From positions 78,430,001-78,494,000 of the forward strand of contig NC_043004.1 in NCBI RefSeq assembly GCF_006345805.1: a stretch of DNA of 64,000 nucleotides, read 5' to 3'. The notes under the pieces were generated by a model. It saw nothing but the letters and a program-made list of their open reading frames with translations, did no database searches and had not been told where the DNA came from. The first letter of the stretch is position 1. Every line of letters begins with the position of its first letter. This stretch comes from Octopus sinensis (taxonomy: Eukaryota). The position numbers and the translations under genes are program-made. Shown piece after piece: positions 13,470-25,917 of the stretch.

Positions 13470-14208
13470 TCGGGAGCATTAACCTCCGAAAATCTGCAGA
13501 GAAAACAACTTCCGTCACTTTCCAGGGGGAAAAACTAGAAGTAGTTGATAGCTTCCGTTATCTAGGTGACCAAGTCAGTAGTGGGGTGGGTGCGCTGAAA
13601 GTGTAACTGCTAGAATAAGAATAGCCTGGGCAAAGTTTAGGGAGCTCTTACCTCTGCTGGTGACTAAAGGCCTCTCGCTCAGAGTAAAAGGCAGACTGTA
13701 TGATGCGTGTGTACGAACAGCCATGCTACATGGCAGCGAAACATGGGCTGTGACTGCTGAGGACATGCGTAAGCTCGTGAGGAATGAAGCCAGTATGCTC
13801 CGATGGATGTGTAATGTCAGTGTACATACTCGACAGAGCGTTAGCACCTTGAGAGAAATGTTGTACCTAAGAAGCATCAGTTGTGGTGTGCAAGAGAGAC
13901 GATTGCGCTGGTATGGTCATGTGGCGAGAATGGATGAAGATAGGTGTGTGAGAAAGTGCCAATCCCTAGCAGTTGAGGGAATCCGTGGAAGAGGTAGACC
14001 CAGGAAAACCTGGGACGAGGTGGTGAAGCACGACCTTCGAACTTTAGGCCTCACTGAGGAAATGACCAGAGACCGAGACCTTTGGAAATATTCTGTACGT
14101 GAGAAGACCAGGCAGGACAAGTGAGCCCAGCCCACTTATGAATGCCTTCCTCCCTTGGACACAAAGACCGGTTGAGGCAAGCGAAGTCGATATAGAACCT
14201 CATCCGAC

Positions 14209-14666
14209 GACAGACACCCATGCCAACCCCCCATGCTTGCGAAGACATGTTGGGGCAAGCGAAATCGAAATCGAAATCGAAACCGAATTGAACCAGCCAG
14301 GATCCCTGGCCTGGTGGTACGTAAAAAGCACTATCCGACTCGGGGCCGTGGCACGTAAAATACTCCAATGCGACCGTACGACAGGCACCCATGCCAACCC
14401 CCTTTGCTTGTGAAGACATGTTGGGGCAAGCGAAATCGAAATCGAATTGAACCAGCCAGGATCCCTGGTCTGGTGGTACGTAAAAAGCACTATCCGACTC
14501 GTGGCCGTGGGACGTAAAATACTCCAATGCGACCGTACGACAGGCACCCTTGCCAACCCCTTTGCTTGTGAAGACATGTTGGGGCAAGCGAAATCGAAAT
14601 CGAATAGAACCAGCCAGGATCCCTGGTCTGGTGGTACGTAAAAAGCACTATCCGACTCGTGGCCGA
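14209..14666 (+). repeat. Tandem repeat in the RTE 3'UTR, ~2.8 units of 159-171 bp
   Basis: Units start at 14209, 14380 and 14539. Length varies through the internal (GAAATC)n copy number. Confidence 0.9.
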
Positions 14667-15022
14667 TGCCAGCACCGCCTCGACTGGCTTCCGTGCCGGT
14701 GGCACATAAAATACACCAATCTGACCGTGGCCGTTGCCAGCCCCGCCTGGCACCTGTGCAGGTGGCACGTAAAAAGCACCCACTACACTCACGGAGTGGT
14801 TGGCGTTAGGAAGGGCATCCAGCTGTAGAAACATTGCCAAATTAGACTGGAGCCTGGTGCAGCCTTCTGGCTTCCCAGAACCCCGGTCGAACCGTCCAAC
14901 CCATGCTAGCATGGAGAACGGACGTTAAACGACGATGATGATGATGATGATGTGTATATATATATGTATGTGTATATATATGTATGTGTATATATATATG
15001 TATGTGTATATATATGTATGTG

Positions 15023-15053
<31 letters not shown>

Positions 15054-16149
15054 GTATATATATATATGTATGTGTATATATATGTATGTATGTGTGTATG
15101 TATATATATATATATAAAGTATATTAAAAGGGGTCTGTGGGAAACCTCATTTGAATAACAGGTTTGGGGAGCACTGTTCTAAGGGTCTGTTTGTATAACA
15201 TCTGCACTGTCTGGAGTATCTGTGTTTAGCATATGCCCCGTCATGGGCGTCTGTGTGATAGCTCCATCTGTAAAATGTCAGTGTGTAGCACCTAATGTGT
15301 GGGGGAGGAAAATATTTGAGAAGGGGTGGTGACTTTTTGCCAGGTGTAAGGAGGCTAAAATACAATAGATCGACAAGTACAGGTGTTTTGCTATAGAGAG
15401 AAGTTACATGGTTACTCTACATTGTTTAAAGGTGAGAGGGATGTAGAGCTGGAAAGAAAGTAATGGCAATAACAGGGCCAGAGTTAACCCTCAAGGAGCA
15501 AGAAGGTGCGCATAAGGGAATTGAGAGAGAGTGGATTCATAAAAGTGTGAGGAGAGAGTGACAAATGGTTGGAGATGAGGGTAGAGGTGAATGTAGGGTG
15601 TGAAGAACAAGGATGGTGGCAGGGCTGATGGGGAAATAGCAGTATGGAGGGGGCTAAGGTGGTAGAAATAGAAGTGGCTCAGGAAAGATGAGGGGCAAGG
15701 TGTAGGAATGGTGGAGAGATCAAGTTAGATGCAAAAACATTAAACTGAAGGATTAATCAATACATTGTATCAGAGAACATGTTTATTAAACTCTTACAAG
15801 GAGAAATATGTCAGTGACTTCGAAGTTTTAACTTGTTCACCTTTGTTAGACAGTCAAACAGAGGAGAGCAAGCTGAGACTTCGGAGTCACTATCTACCTT
15901 TTCCTTATAAAGACTCAATGAATATAGGTTCAGGCATGGTTATGTAGTAAGAAGTTTGCTTCCCAACCACACAGTTTCAGGTTCAGTCTCACTGTGTAGC
16001 AACTTGGGCAAGTGTCTTCTACTATAACTGACAGCATAGATTACAAACTTGTGGATTTTGTTGTCAAATATCTGTAAATGAAGACAACCACAATCTTATC
16101 CATGAAACTTTCAGACACACGAAGTTTGACCACCAGGATCAAAGAGCAG

Positions 16150-16525
16150 AAGTAGAAAGAAAAAGATTTGCCAATGTTTAATGATGTAAGAACCAGAAAC
16201 CTGAAGTGTTCCAGAGAGCAAGAAAGTGTCTCAGAGAAAGCCAAGATTTGTGAGAGAGCAATGTGTAGAGATGGAATTGCTACTATGTAAAGCTTCTAAA
16301 CATGGAGAATATATGGGGGAGAGAGAGGAATCTCCAAATGTGAACCTGTCAGAGACACCAACCACTCTAGCAGATAGCAGTATAATAGATTAAGCAATTA
16401 AGGATTTGAAAGCAGAGAAAGCTCTTGGTCTATCAGAAATTACCAGAGACTCTTAAAATATCTAGTGGAGTGAGTAGTGGCCATGTTACTTCTATAGTTA
16501 ATCAGGTAGTGGAAGAATGTAGAAT
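16150..16525 (+). pseudogene. Old decayed RTE RT fragment
   Basis: gaaagctcttggtctatcagaaattacc..aaaatatctagtggagtg..atagttaatcaggtag parallels the KAPGPSGIT..KISG..IVNQV stretch of the young RTE. Confidence 0.5.
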
Positions 16526-16634
16526 GGAGAATGTACTCTTGGTTATATCATCTCCGAAAATAATGTAGACTGATTAGAGAGGGAACAGCTTTGAACATAG
16601 GTCAATAATCTCCAGTAACATTTCCTTAGAACTA

Positions 16635-17896
16635 TTGGGTCATCCCATAAATAATGCGTTTTTTTATACTTATTTTATTTTTCAAAATGAAGATAAACAA
16701 AGTTCTTTTTTAATCAAACATATTCTTTCCTTCATTTTCTACAATGTTCTTCCATCTATCTGGTAGACTTCCAAAATTCACTTGTCCATGATGAAAAATA
16801 CTCCCCCAGTACTGTCCTGACCTCTTCTACAGAATTCATATTTCTTCTGTTCAAATGATTTCAAAGACCGAGGAATAAATAATAATCAGATGGGGAAATG
16901 TCCGGTGAATACAGTGGGTGGGGCATCTTTTCCCATTCAAACTGCTCCAGCTTTTGGAATATTATCCTTGCTGTACATGGCTAAGCGTTATCCTGGTGGA
17001 TGAACACTTTTTGTCTTGAAACCAAAGATGGTCAGTTTTCTTCTAGCACCGACTTAAGTTGCACAAATTGCCCACAGTCAATCTCCTTTGTTATCATTTG
17101 GTTAGGGTTTAAATGTTCAAAGTGGACTAAACATTTCATATCCCACCAAACAGATAACAACACCCTACATGGGTGAAGACCTTCTTTAGCCTGGGATACC
17201 AGTGTTTCCCCTTTCCCTACCCACTGTCTTCAGCACTTCACATTTTTATAAAGAACCCATTTCTTGTTACCAGTTACTATTCAGTCCAAAAAAAAATTCA
17301 TTTGTGAGATGTGACAGCAAAGAAGAGCACACATTCACTCTCTGTACATGCTTAAACTCAAAAACCCAGGGACCCAATTTGCTGACTTTTCTAATGGCAT
17401 GCAAGTGTTGATGAATGGTGGAATGACCAAATCAAAGCTTCTCTGCTAGTTCCTCAACAGTTATGATGGAATTTTGTTCCACCAGCTTTTGCAGGATGTC
17501 CTTGTAGAGCTGTACAGATCTTCCAAAATGAGGCTAGTCATCTAGGCTGTAGTTTTCAGCTCGGAATATCTGGAACCATCGTTGACACTATCTTACGCTT
17601 ATTGTCCGATCCCCAAATACTGCATCAACATTCCTCACATTTTCCGTTGCGTTTTTACCTTTATTGAACTCATGAAACAAAATATGCCGAATATGCTCCT
17701 TTGTCACTTCCCTTATAGCCTTGAAAAAATAACTGTTAAAATCGTACTGCACTCTTCAAAACTTGCACTAAGAACAAGGCCAAGGTAGAATTACTACCTG
17801 CTTTTAAAGCAAGTTGATGAGGGTAGTTTATCCCATCCCCCTCCGACTTTTAGTTCATGCAATTGAAAAAACCGCATTATTTATGAGATGACCCAA
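16635..17896 (-). mobile_element. Full-length (1.26 kb) mariner with a decayed transposase
   Basis: TIR TTGGGTCATC(C/T)CATAAATAATGCG at both ends, TA on both flanks. Minus-strand HTH start (..KEHIRHILFHEFNKG) and YSPDISPSDYYLF motif; many stops. Confidence 0.92.
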
Positions 17897-18368
17897 TACA
17901 TTATTTAAATCTAAATTTCAACACAAATAATTAATTAAATTATCAATACAAATAAATAAAAAAAGACATCAGAAAAGCTTTCACCAAATATATTGTAAAG
18001 ACAAGTTCAAATCAGTATAACATTATTAAAGAAATTAAGCAAGATTCATTTAATTTACTTTCTACTAAATTCAGAAATTATTAATATATCTTTGTAGGGG
18101 GTAAAAAAAAAGCATAAACCCCAGACATAATTAAGTTATAACTGATAATGAAATTAAGTATTAGTTACTTTGTTATTAGAAAAATTGACAATAAAAAGTA
18201 TATAAACGACCTTAAGTGGAAACAAATAAAATGACTTATTTAGGACAATGACTAAAGAGTAAGATTTCATTTGAATCTTCCCTAATTGTAATAAAGTGAT
18301 ACACTACAACAAATATTATTCGAACCAAGAAATTTTGAAGATAATGAACTTGTCATGAAATTGAAGAC

Positions 18369-18514
18369 TAGCCTGTATAATTAAGAATTTTATCCAGATT
18401 AGACTGTGTAATTAAGAATTTTATCCCAATTAGCCTATGTAATTAAGAATTCTATATAGATTAGCCCATGTAATTAAGAATTTTATACAGACTAGTCTAT
18501 GTAATTAAGAATAT
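18369..18514. repeat. 31-bp minisatellite, ~4.7 copies
   Basis: Unit approximately TAGCCTATGTAATTAAGAATTTTATCCAGAT. Confidence 0.85.
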
Positions 18515-18929
18515 TACTTCAAAACTACTTCTTGAAATAAATTTCTGGGTAGACATCTTCAGCCATTCATTAAGTTGACCAAAGCCTTGTGATTGAAACC
18601 TAACAGACAGAAACTGAGTGGACATCTGTCAAAGAGAGATTATTTGCTTTTTAAAACCTCCATTTGGTCCACTGGGGCTGAACTGATACCAACTGTTTAC
18701 CTCTTCATTCTTTCCTTCTAATATATATATATATCTACGTGCTCAATGATGATCCACTTATAGCCATTCATTACCATGCAGCTACAACACCACTTTTGTT
18801 GTAGTCCAGAGTTTTAAGTGGTAAGCCTATCTGAGCACTTATTGGACATGCCTGTTACATAATATCATTAGACTCAATTTTATCAGTACTCTGTCTGTCT
18901 GTCTCTGTATATATATATATATATATATA

Positions 18930-19205
18930 TGGGCATGTATTGGGGAGGGATGAGGAGCATGTTCTGAGAAGGGTGCTAGAGTTTGAGTTGAATGGACAGC
19001 AAAAGTGAGGCAGACCAAGGAAAATGTGGAGGGGACAGGTGGAAGAGGATACTGGAAGGGTTGGCTTCAGAAGGGAGGATGCCCCAAAGTGGGCAAGATG
19101 GCAAGATGGTGTATGGGCAGTTGCTATGGCATTGAAGTAGATCCAGCCACCCTTGTTAATGGGGACAAAATGTGGATTCAAAATGATGGATGATGATGAT
19201 GATGA
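18930..19205 (+). mobile_element. 3' end of a second RTE family
   Basis: GHVLGRDEEHVLRRVLEFELNG..GRPRKMW with stops, followed by a (GAT)n tail. Confidence 0.75.
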
Positions 19206-19211
19206 TATATA

Positions 19212-21269
19212 TCTAAATATATCTCTTATTATAAAAGGCAGATTTTATCTGCCTCCTTTTGTCTCTTATAGAAATCTACAATATAGGATTTCTTCAATTA
19301 CAATTTACCTAGCATTTTTAAGAGTAGAATGCATCGGGTCGTGCCAGGTCCAGTTTTTAAAATTTCAATCCCAATTAAGCAAAATTTAGAGAAAACTCAC
19401 ATTGTGGTGTCTAAGTCAAGTGCTTTTCTTAGTGTGGGCTACAGCACACGCACACGCACACACACACAAACGGAGCGAACTGTTTCACTGACGCTATCAC
19501 CCTAATTTCTCCTCCTTTCTCTTTGCAAGTGTGCAACGATTAAAGTGAAAATAATTCACTTTTTGTAGTGAGTGACTCTTTCACTCTGCATTCCCACTTC
19601 CTCTTTACACACATAGACACGCAAATATATAAATAAAATTGTAAGCTAACGTGTTGTGTGTGTGTGCGTGTGTGTGAGTGTGTGTGTGTGCGTGTGTGTG
19701 TGAGAGAGAGTGCGTGTGTGTGTGTGCGTGTGTGTGAGTGTGTGACAGGAAAGTTTTTTAGGACGAATATAAGACCTAAAGTATATCCAAGTAGCAGAAA
19801 GATCGCCCAAAAGTGTATATAGATATTTAAATGTATTTATATATTCATCTATACACAGATGTATGTATAATGTGTGTGTATATATTTCCATAGAGGTAAC
19901 CTTTCACTCCATACAAAGTTTTTTAGGACGAATATAAGATCTAAAGTATATCCAAGTAGCAGAAAGATCGCCCAAAAGTGTATATAGATATTTAAATGTA
20001 TTTATATATTCATCTATACACAGATGTATGTATAATGTGTGTGTATATATTTCCATAGACGTAACCATTCACTCCGCACAAAGTTTTTTAGGACGAAATA
20101 AGATCTAAAGTTATCTCTAAGTAGCACAAGATCGCCCAAAAGTGTATATAGATATATAAATGTATTTATATATTCATCTATGCACACATGTATGTATAAC
20201 GTGTGTGTATATATTTCCATAGAGGTAACCTTTCACTCCATACAAAGTTTTTTAGGACGAAAAAAGATCTAAAGTTATCTCTAAGAAACAGAAATCGCTC
20301 AAAAGTGTATATAGATATTTAAATGTATTTATATATTCATCTATACACACATGTATGTATAATGTGCGTGTATATATTTCCATAGAGGTAACCATTCAAT
20401 CCATACAAAGTTTTTTAGGACGAAAAATTATATATAAAAGAAAGGTTGTGTGTTCTGTCTACTCCGATTTAGATTCCTAACTACTCCCACATTTTGCGAT
20501 GCAGTTTAACCAAAACCGGGTATCTTATAGTCGTGATTCATATCGAGCCCTTCTGGGTATTAACGCGCGTCTACGATGAGTCTATGATTTTACAAATAAT
20601 TTACCATCATTTTTTCCATTTTAATGCATATTTTTTAAATAAAGGGAAGTAACTCTCAAACTTCACACCAATATGCGTGCTCATATGCGACGTATATCAC
20701 ATCAGCAGCATTTCCTCACCCTCCTTGCACTTGGCGAAGGCAAAATACCAGGGGATGAAAATGGTAATATTGCCATCGATTCCATTTGTACCTTTGTTAA
20801 GACGCCTTCTGATCTCAGAGATGCAGTGTTCCCAGATCTACAAGCTAATTATCAGAATATGGATTGGATTGGCCAAGGGCTATTCTGGCCCCGAGGAATA
20901 AAACTGTTCACCATATTAATGATGAAATGCTAAAACTCATTCCTGGGGAAGTCTATGTATATCAGTCTATCGATACAACTCCTGACCCAGAGGACGTCAT
21001 CAACTATCCAATAGAGGTACTCAATTCCTTTGAGCACCCCGGACTACCACCACCACCACACTTCTCAAACTTAAGTTGGTGCCCCTATAATGCTCATCAG
21101 AAATTTGGTTCCCCCAAACAATGCAATGGCACACGTTTGATCGTTAAGTCCTTATCTCCCACAGTAAACTTATATCAATATTTGCCTGAATAATCATCAT
21201 AATTCAGTGCAATCATTAACAGTACTTTCAAGCAATTCAGCCCCGAGCAACGCCGGGCAATTCTGCTAG
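19212..21269 (+). mobile_element. Composite Helitron with a PIF1 helicase fragment and internal tandem array
   Basis: A|TC 5' end (19212 or 19222). 3' hairpin CCCG-AGCAACGC-CGGG then CTAG|T at 21266-70. Helicase pieces at 20673-21190 (AILAPRN..V..IND, NYPIEVLNS, CNGTRLIV). Confidence 0.85.
19751..20425. repeat. ~165-bp tandem repeat, 4 units plus a partial one, inside the Helitron
   Basis: AAGTTTTTTAGGACG recurs at 19751, 19916, 20081, 20245 and 20408. Confidence 0.92.
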
Positions 21270-21704
21270 TCAATTTATAAATTGATGTATAAAAATATAT
21301 ATCAGGAGTGAACACATACATATACGAGTCCAACACAATTTTATCCTCAATTTTACACACACACACACATATGTTAGATAATAAAACAAATGGTTTATAC
21401 CTGGTAGCTTACTGGTGAAGCACGGTCACTTTCGTAGTGTTCGTTATGTATCTGGTTAACGAGAGACAGAAAATATGAAAGTTTTTATTAATCACTGCAA
21501 ATTTTTCGACCCCTCTAGCATTGGTCCCTCATGGGCGGGATACTCAACAACTGGTTCAGGAGCATCCAACGATGGTCAGATGTATCTCTTTGGGTGATAA
21601 ATACAACTCATTAAAATATCAGTTCCGCAACGTATTTTCTCAATTTGTAGAAAAAAAAAGCAGCAAATTAAAGGATTACAGCTTTGTTTATATTCTTTTC
21701 TTCT

Positions 21705-21916
21705 TTTCTTCTTTTACTTGTTTCAGTCATTTGACTGTGGCCATGCTGGAGCACTGTCTTTAGTCGAACAAATCGACCCCAAGACTTATTCTTTGTAAGC
21801 CTGGTACTTATTCTATCGGTCTCTTTTGCTGAGCTGTTAAGTGACAGGGATGTAAACTCACCAGCATTGGTTGTCAAGTGATGTTGGGCGGGGACAAACA
21901 CAGACACACAAGCACA

Positions 21917-21957
<41 letters not shown>

Positions 21958-22130
21958 ACACACACACACATATACGACAGGCTTCTTTCAGTTTCCTTCT
22001 ACCAAATCCACTCACAAAACTTTGGTCAACCCGAGGCTATTGTTGAAGACATTTGACCAAGGTGCTACGCAGTGGGACTGAACCCAGAACTATGTAGTTG
22101 GGAAGCAAGCTACTTACCACACAGCCACTC
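21705..22130 (-). mobile_element. tRNA-derived SINE family A, full-length (octopus OK/OR-type; exact family not assigned)
   Basis: Head GAGTGGCTGTGTGGTAAG..GGTTCAGTCCC (A/B boxes), internal (CA)n, AAAAGAA tail. Other copies or halves at ~1065-1218, 6308-6400, 10945-11125, 11155-11312, 15931-16070, 37130-37225, 40020-40170, 40795-41020, 47075-47290, 50530-50665, 53220-53360. Confidence 0.85.
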
Positions 22131-22659
22131 AGAAAGAATATAATTATTTCTTTATTGCCCACAGGGAGCTAAACATAGAGGGGACAAACAGAGATAGACA
22201 AAGGGATTAAGTCAATATCAATGACCCCAGTGCTTAACTGGTACTTATTTAATTGACTCCGAAAGGATGAAAGGCAAAGTCAATCTCAGCGGAATTTGAA
22301 CTCCGAATCTAACGGCAGACGAAATACCGCTAAGCACTTCGCCCAGTGTGTTAACGTTTCTGTCAGAATCTAATAATAAAATAACATGCAAAAAAGAAAC
22401 GAACATGCAATACAGCAAAGAAAGTATTAAACATAACTGTTAATGGATATGGATGTATAAACGCTCTTGCGTAAGTTGTATGGCACATGTACATTCTCTC
22501 ATACAAGCATCCACAAAGATGCAAGCTTATGCACACATGTGGTTTGGTGCACTCATGTTAACAAAGCAAGTTAAATAGTTACTTGGAATGGTTAAAGCTA
22601 AACTTAATTCATCTTTACATTAAAGTAAATTGTGTTAACAGTTACTCAGATTCATCTCC

Positions 22660-23035
22660 ACTGCATTGTGCGAAAGAACATTTATATGCGTGTAGATATC
22701 TTGAGAGTCTTTCAGAAATTCTATTAATGATCATCTCATTGGCCCACAGAATAGACAGGGATTCCTTGGAGTAGAGTGGCATCTCCTGGAAAGGATATTG
22801 TATGGTTTTGCATGCTTTATTATTCAATTCCTTAAGTCACCCCACTAAATCATCCAAAGCTGTAGAGTGTCTTCTATTGAGTCTCTTGAAGCTGGTCACA
22901 TGGTTGCAATAACGGTTCTTGAATGACTCAGCTGTTGGCCCAATGCAAACATACAGCCCCCTCCCCTTGTGCACCATCAAATGCTCCTGAACCAGTTGTT
23001 GGCTATCCCACCCATGCGGGATTGAGGCTAGATGG
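22660..23035 (-). pseudogene. Decayed PLE GIY-YIG C-terminus from a different clade (Naiad-like motif set)
   Basis: Minus strand: CIGPTAESFKNRYCNHVTSF..STAL, IIKHAKPYNILSRRC, NRISE..SRYLH. Confidence 0.6.
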
Positions 23036-23098
23036 GTTGAAATAATTATAGTAATTAATGAAAACTCTTGTATCTTCTATCTTCTGTTTCTTATTAAC

Positions 23099-23141
<43 letters not shown>

Positions 23142-23314
23142 TCATCATCATCATCATCAGCATCATTGTTTAAAGTCTGTTTTCCATCATGGTGGCATGG
23201 ATTGGACGGTTCAACTGGGGTCTAGGAAACCAGAAGGCTGCACCAGACTCCAGTCTTATTTGGCAGTGTTTCTACATACATACAATGTTTCTACATACAT
23301 ACATACGTATGTAT

Positions 23315-23965
23315 GTCGAGAGATATCCACACCATTATCCTTCTCTTCTCCACTTTTGCCCGACCCCACCTTGAATACTGTTGTCCACTGTGGTATCCCC
23401 ACACAATACAAAGTATCATAAAAGTTGAAGCACCTCAAAGGGCAATCACAAAAACGATAGATGGCATGACAGGCCTCGACTATTGGGGTCGACTAGAAAA
23501 GCTAAAACTTTATTCTCTCCAACGTCGTTGTGAGCGCTACATCATCTGCATGATGTGGAAAATATTCCATCAGCATTGCCCAAATGATGTTGGCATCACC
23601 TTTAGGGTACATCCAAGGCTTGGGCCCCGTGCCATCCGCCCAAAACAAAAATCGCACTCTCATCTCATAACAACAATACGGCACAATTATTTCACGTCAA
23701 TTGGCCCCGCTCTCTTTAACATTACACCAAAACACATTAAAACAGAAACTGACCCTATAGGGTTCAAGAAGTCTTTGGACAGATTCCTTCAAGAAATCCC
23801 GGATAAACCCCCTACACCCGGATATGTCTCTGTAAACAATAACTCTCTACTTGAGTGGGCCATAGTGCCCAAATTCTGACTTGAAAGACTTCACCAGGTG
23901 GTGCTATTAAGTTAGACATGGCCTGGGCCAATAATGGCCGAAACCTATCAAAGTATCAAAGTATA
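23315..23965 (+). mobile_element. CR1/L2-group LINE 3' fragment with an open C-terminal ORF to 23879
   Basis: RPHLEYCCPLW, QRAITK, YWGRLEKLKLYSLQRR, LFN..FKKSLDRFL..IPD. 3' stem-loop GGCC-aataat-GGCC and (TATCAAAG)n tail. Confidence 0.85.
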
Positions 23966-23989
23966 TATATATATATATATATAATATAT

Positions 23990-24119
<130 letters not shown>

Positions 24120-24124
24120 AATAT

Positions 24125-24378
24125 GTGGAGGTACATGGCCTAGTGGTTAGAGCAGCACACTCGGGGTCAGGGGGTCGCAGGTTCGAATCACCGACCAGCG
24201 AAACACCTCAGCTCTACATGGCTCTGGCAGAAGCTAATGCCCAACTTCTGCTGACTCTTTCGCCATAACTTTCTCTCACTCTTTCCTCCTGCATCTTGCA
24301 GCTCACCTGCGACGGACCGACGTCCCGTCCAGGAAGGGAACCTATACGCCAAGGAAACCGAGAAACCGGCCCATGGCT
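24125..24378 (+). mobile_element. tRNA-derived SINE family C
   Basis: A box TGGCCTAGTGG, B box GGTTCGAATC, core GCGACGGAC..CCCGTCCAGG. Relatives at ~27849-28070, 42015-42235 and 62540-62846. Confidence 0.8.
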
Positions 24379-24420
24379 CGAAAAGGAACAAACAAAACAT
24401 CATATATATATATATATATA

Positions 24421-25608
24421 TGTAAATAAAAAATGGGACAAGAACACAAAACACTCAAAGAGACAACACAAAAATCGGACGGGTCTTTCGAAGCCTCTAA
24501 TCTTCAGTAAAGAACCGGATCATCCTCGCAATTTCGGCTGATTAATCTTGAGATCGCTCCGATCCGGCCAGCCCCAAGGAAAAACTAAGCTACGAGCATT
24601 AGATTTCTTGGAAAAAGGATCGAATGTATACGAAACAAGGACAGAAAAACGGACGATGCCACACGAATATAAATACAAAAAACAATAATAGTAATAACAG
24701 GACAAAAACAGCGGGTGTCTTACGACTTTAGACAGTTCAGCTTAGCTTAACTGGCGTATTTGGAAAAAAATGCCTTTATGGCAGACGAAGAAAACGATGT
24801 TGTCGTGGCGGTGGTCAGAAGCCGAAAGGCTAGTTGACCGGCGCTCACGTGAGAGGACAAGAGAGAGAAAAAAGGGGGCAAAGGAATCAAAGAGAGAGAG
24901 AAAAAGAGGGACAAAGGCACCAAAGGGGGGGGAGAAGAGAGAAAGAAGGAATTAAAGAGGGGAGAAGAAAGAGAGCGTGCCAAGGATTTGCTTGGTGACA
25001 GAATCAATCAGATGCAAAGTGAGAAAGACAGAGAAATGTGAGAGAGTGGGGGAAGAGGAGACCACAGAATCAGAGGCAAGAAAAGAGAAAGACAGAGACT
25101 AGTGAAGTATAGAGAAAGTGTGTGTAGAAGTCGTACAATAGTGGAATGCTTACATACATAAGAGAACAAGATATACGTTACGCCGCAATAATATATGTAT
25201 AAAAAATATATATAAAAATACAAAATGGGACAAGAACGCAAAACACTCAAAGAGACAACACAAAAAGCGGACGGGTCATTCGAAGCCTCTAATCTTCAGT
25301 CAAGAGCCGGATCATCCTCGCAATTTCGGCTGATTAATCTTGAGATCGCTCCGATCCGGCCAGCCCCAAGGAAAAACTAAGCTACGAGCATTAGATTTCT
25401 TGGAAAAAGGATCGAATGTATACGAAACAAGGACAGAAAACGGACGATGCCACACGAATATAAATACAAAAAACAATAATAGTAATAACAGGACAAAAAC
25501 AGCGGGTGTCTTACGACTTTAGACAGTTCAACTTAGCTTAACTGGCGTATTTGGAAAAAAATGCCTTTGCGGCAGACGAAGAAAACGATGTTGTCGTGGC
25601 AGTAGTCA
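24421..25608 (-). mobile_element. Pair of ~390-bp direct repeats (24430-24817 and 25222-25608) around a ~400-bp spacer, PLE-pLTR-like
   Basis: Near-identical copies offset by ~790 bp, no long ORF, no PBS or PPT seen. CTGAAGA..CGAAA words on the minus strand do not fold as a hammerhead. Confidence 0.55.
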
Positions 25609-25859
25609 AGAGAGATTATAAGAGCAGAAGAATGATTAGTGTGGGCCTCTTTTGCTTTGGGGCTGTTGCTCAGGACAGACATTGTGGCCACGCTAATTCA
25701 GGGAATATGCTGTTAGACTCTGGCGGGAACCTAATGGCAAATTCCAACAAGGCTCCTTAGCCATTTGTGTGATGTCACTGACTATGCCAATGGTGCATAT
25801 TACACACACACACACATATTTATATACATAAATATTTGTATATCCCTCACCATCACCTC

Positions 25860-25917
<58 letters not shown>

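Larger units (their letters stand above)
12497..14950 (+). mobile_element. RTE-clade LINE, 5'-truncated, with (GAT)n tail
   Basis: MKTGKAPGPSG, FVDMEKAFDRVP, GVHQGSVLSP, LYADD, RLRWYGHVARM, RGRGRPRKTW, stop at 14124. Four frameshifts and no internal stops. 3'UTR with tandem units; tail 14933-14950; inserted in a TA/TATG microsatellite. Confidence 0.93.
12184..15176. mobile_element. hAT (Charlie-like) MITE containing a microsatellite and the RTE insertion
   Basis: TIRs CAGTGGTTCCCAACCTG (12184) and CAGGTTTGGGGAGCACTG (ends 15176). Flanking 8-mers TTCTAGCG and TTCTAAGG match 6/8 and resemble the Charlie NTCTAGAN target. Confidence 0.75.

Noticed and set aside
18369-18514. Short regular repeats as a CRISPR array (also 32881-32996)
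   Set aside because: The units are contiguous with no unique spacers, the context is eukaryotic and there are no cas genes; these are ordinary minisatellites.
24125-24200. tRNA-like sequences at SINE heads as tRNA genes
   Set aside because: A and B boxes are present but there is no complete cloverleaf, and each continues into a repeated SINE body.
24470-24520. CTGAAGA...CGAAA...GTC on the minus strand (and its copy at ~25262-25312) as a hammerhead or SECIS
   Set aside because: Stems I and II cannot be formed adjacent to the core, the second copy has GAAT, and the helix is too short for a SECIS.
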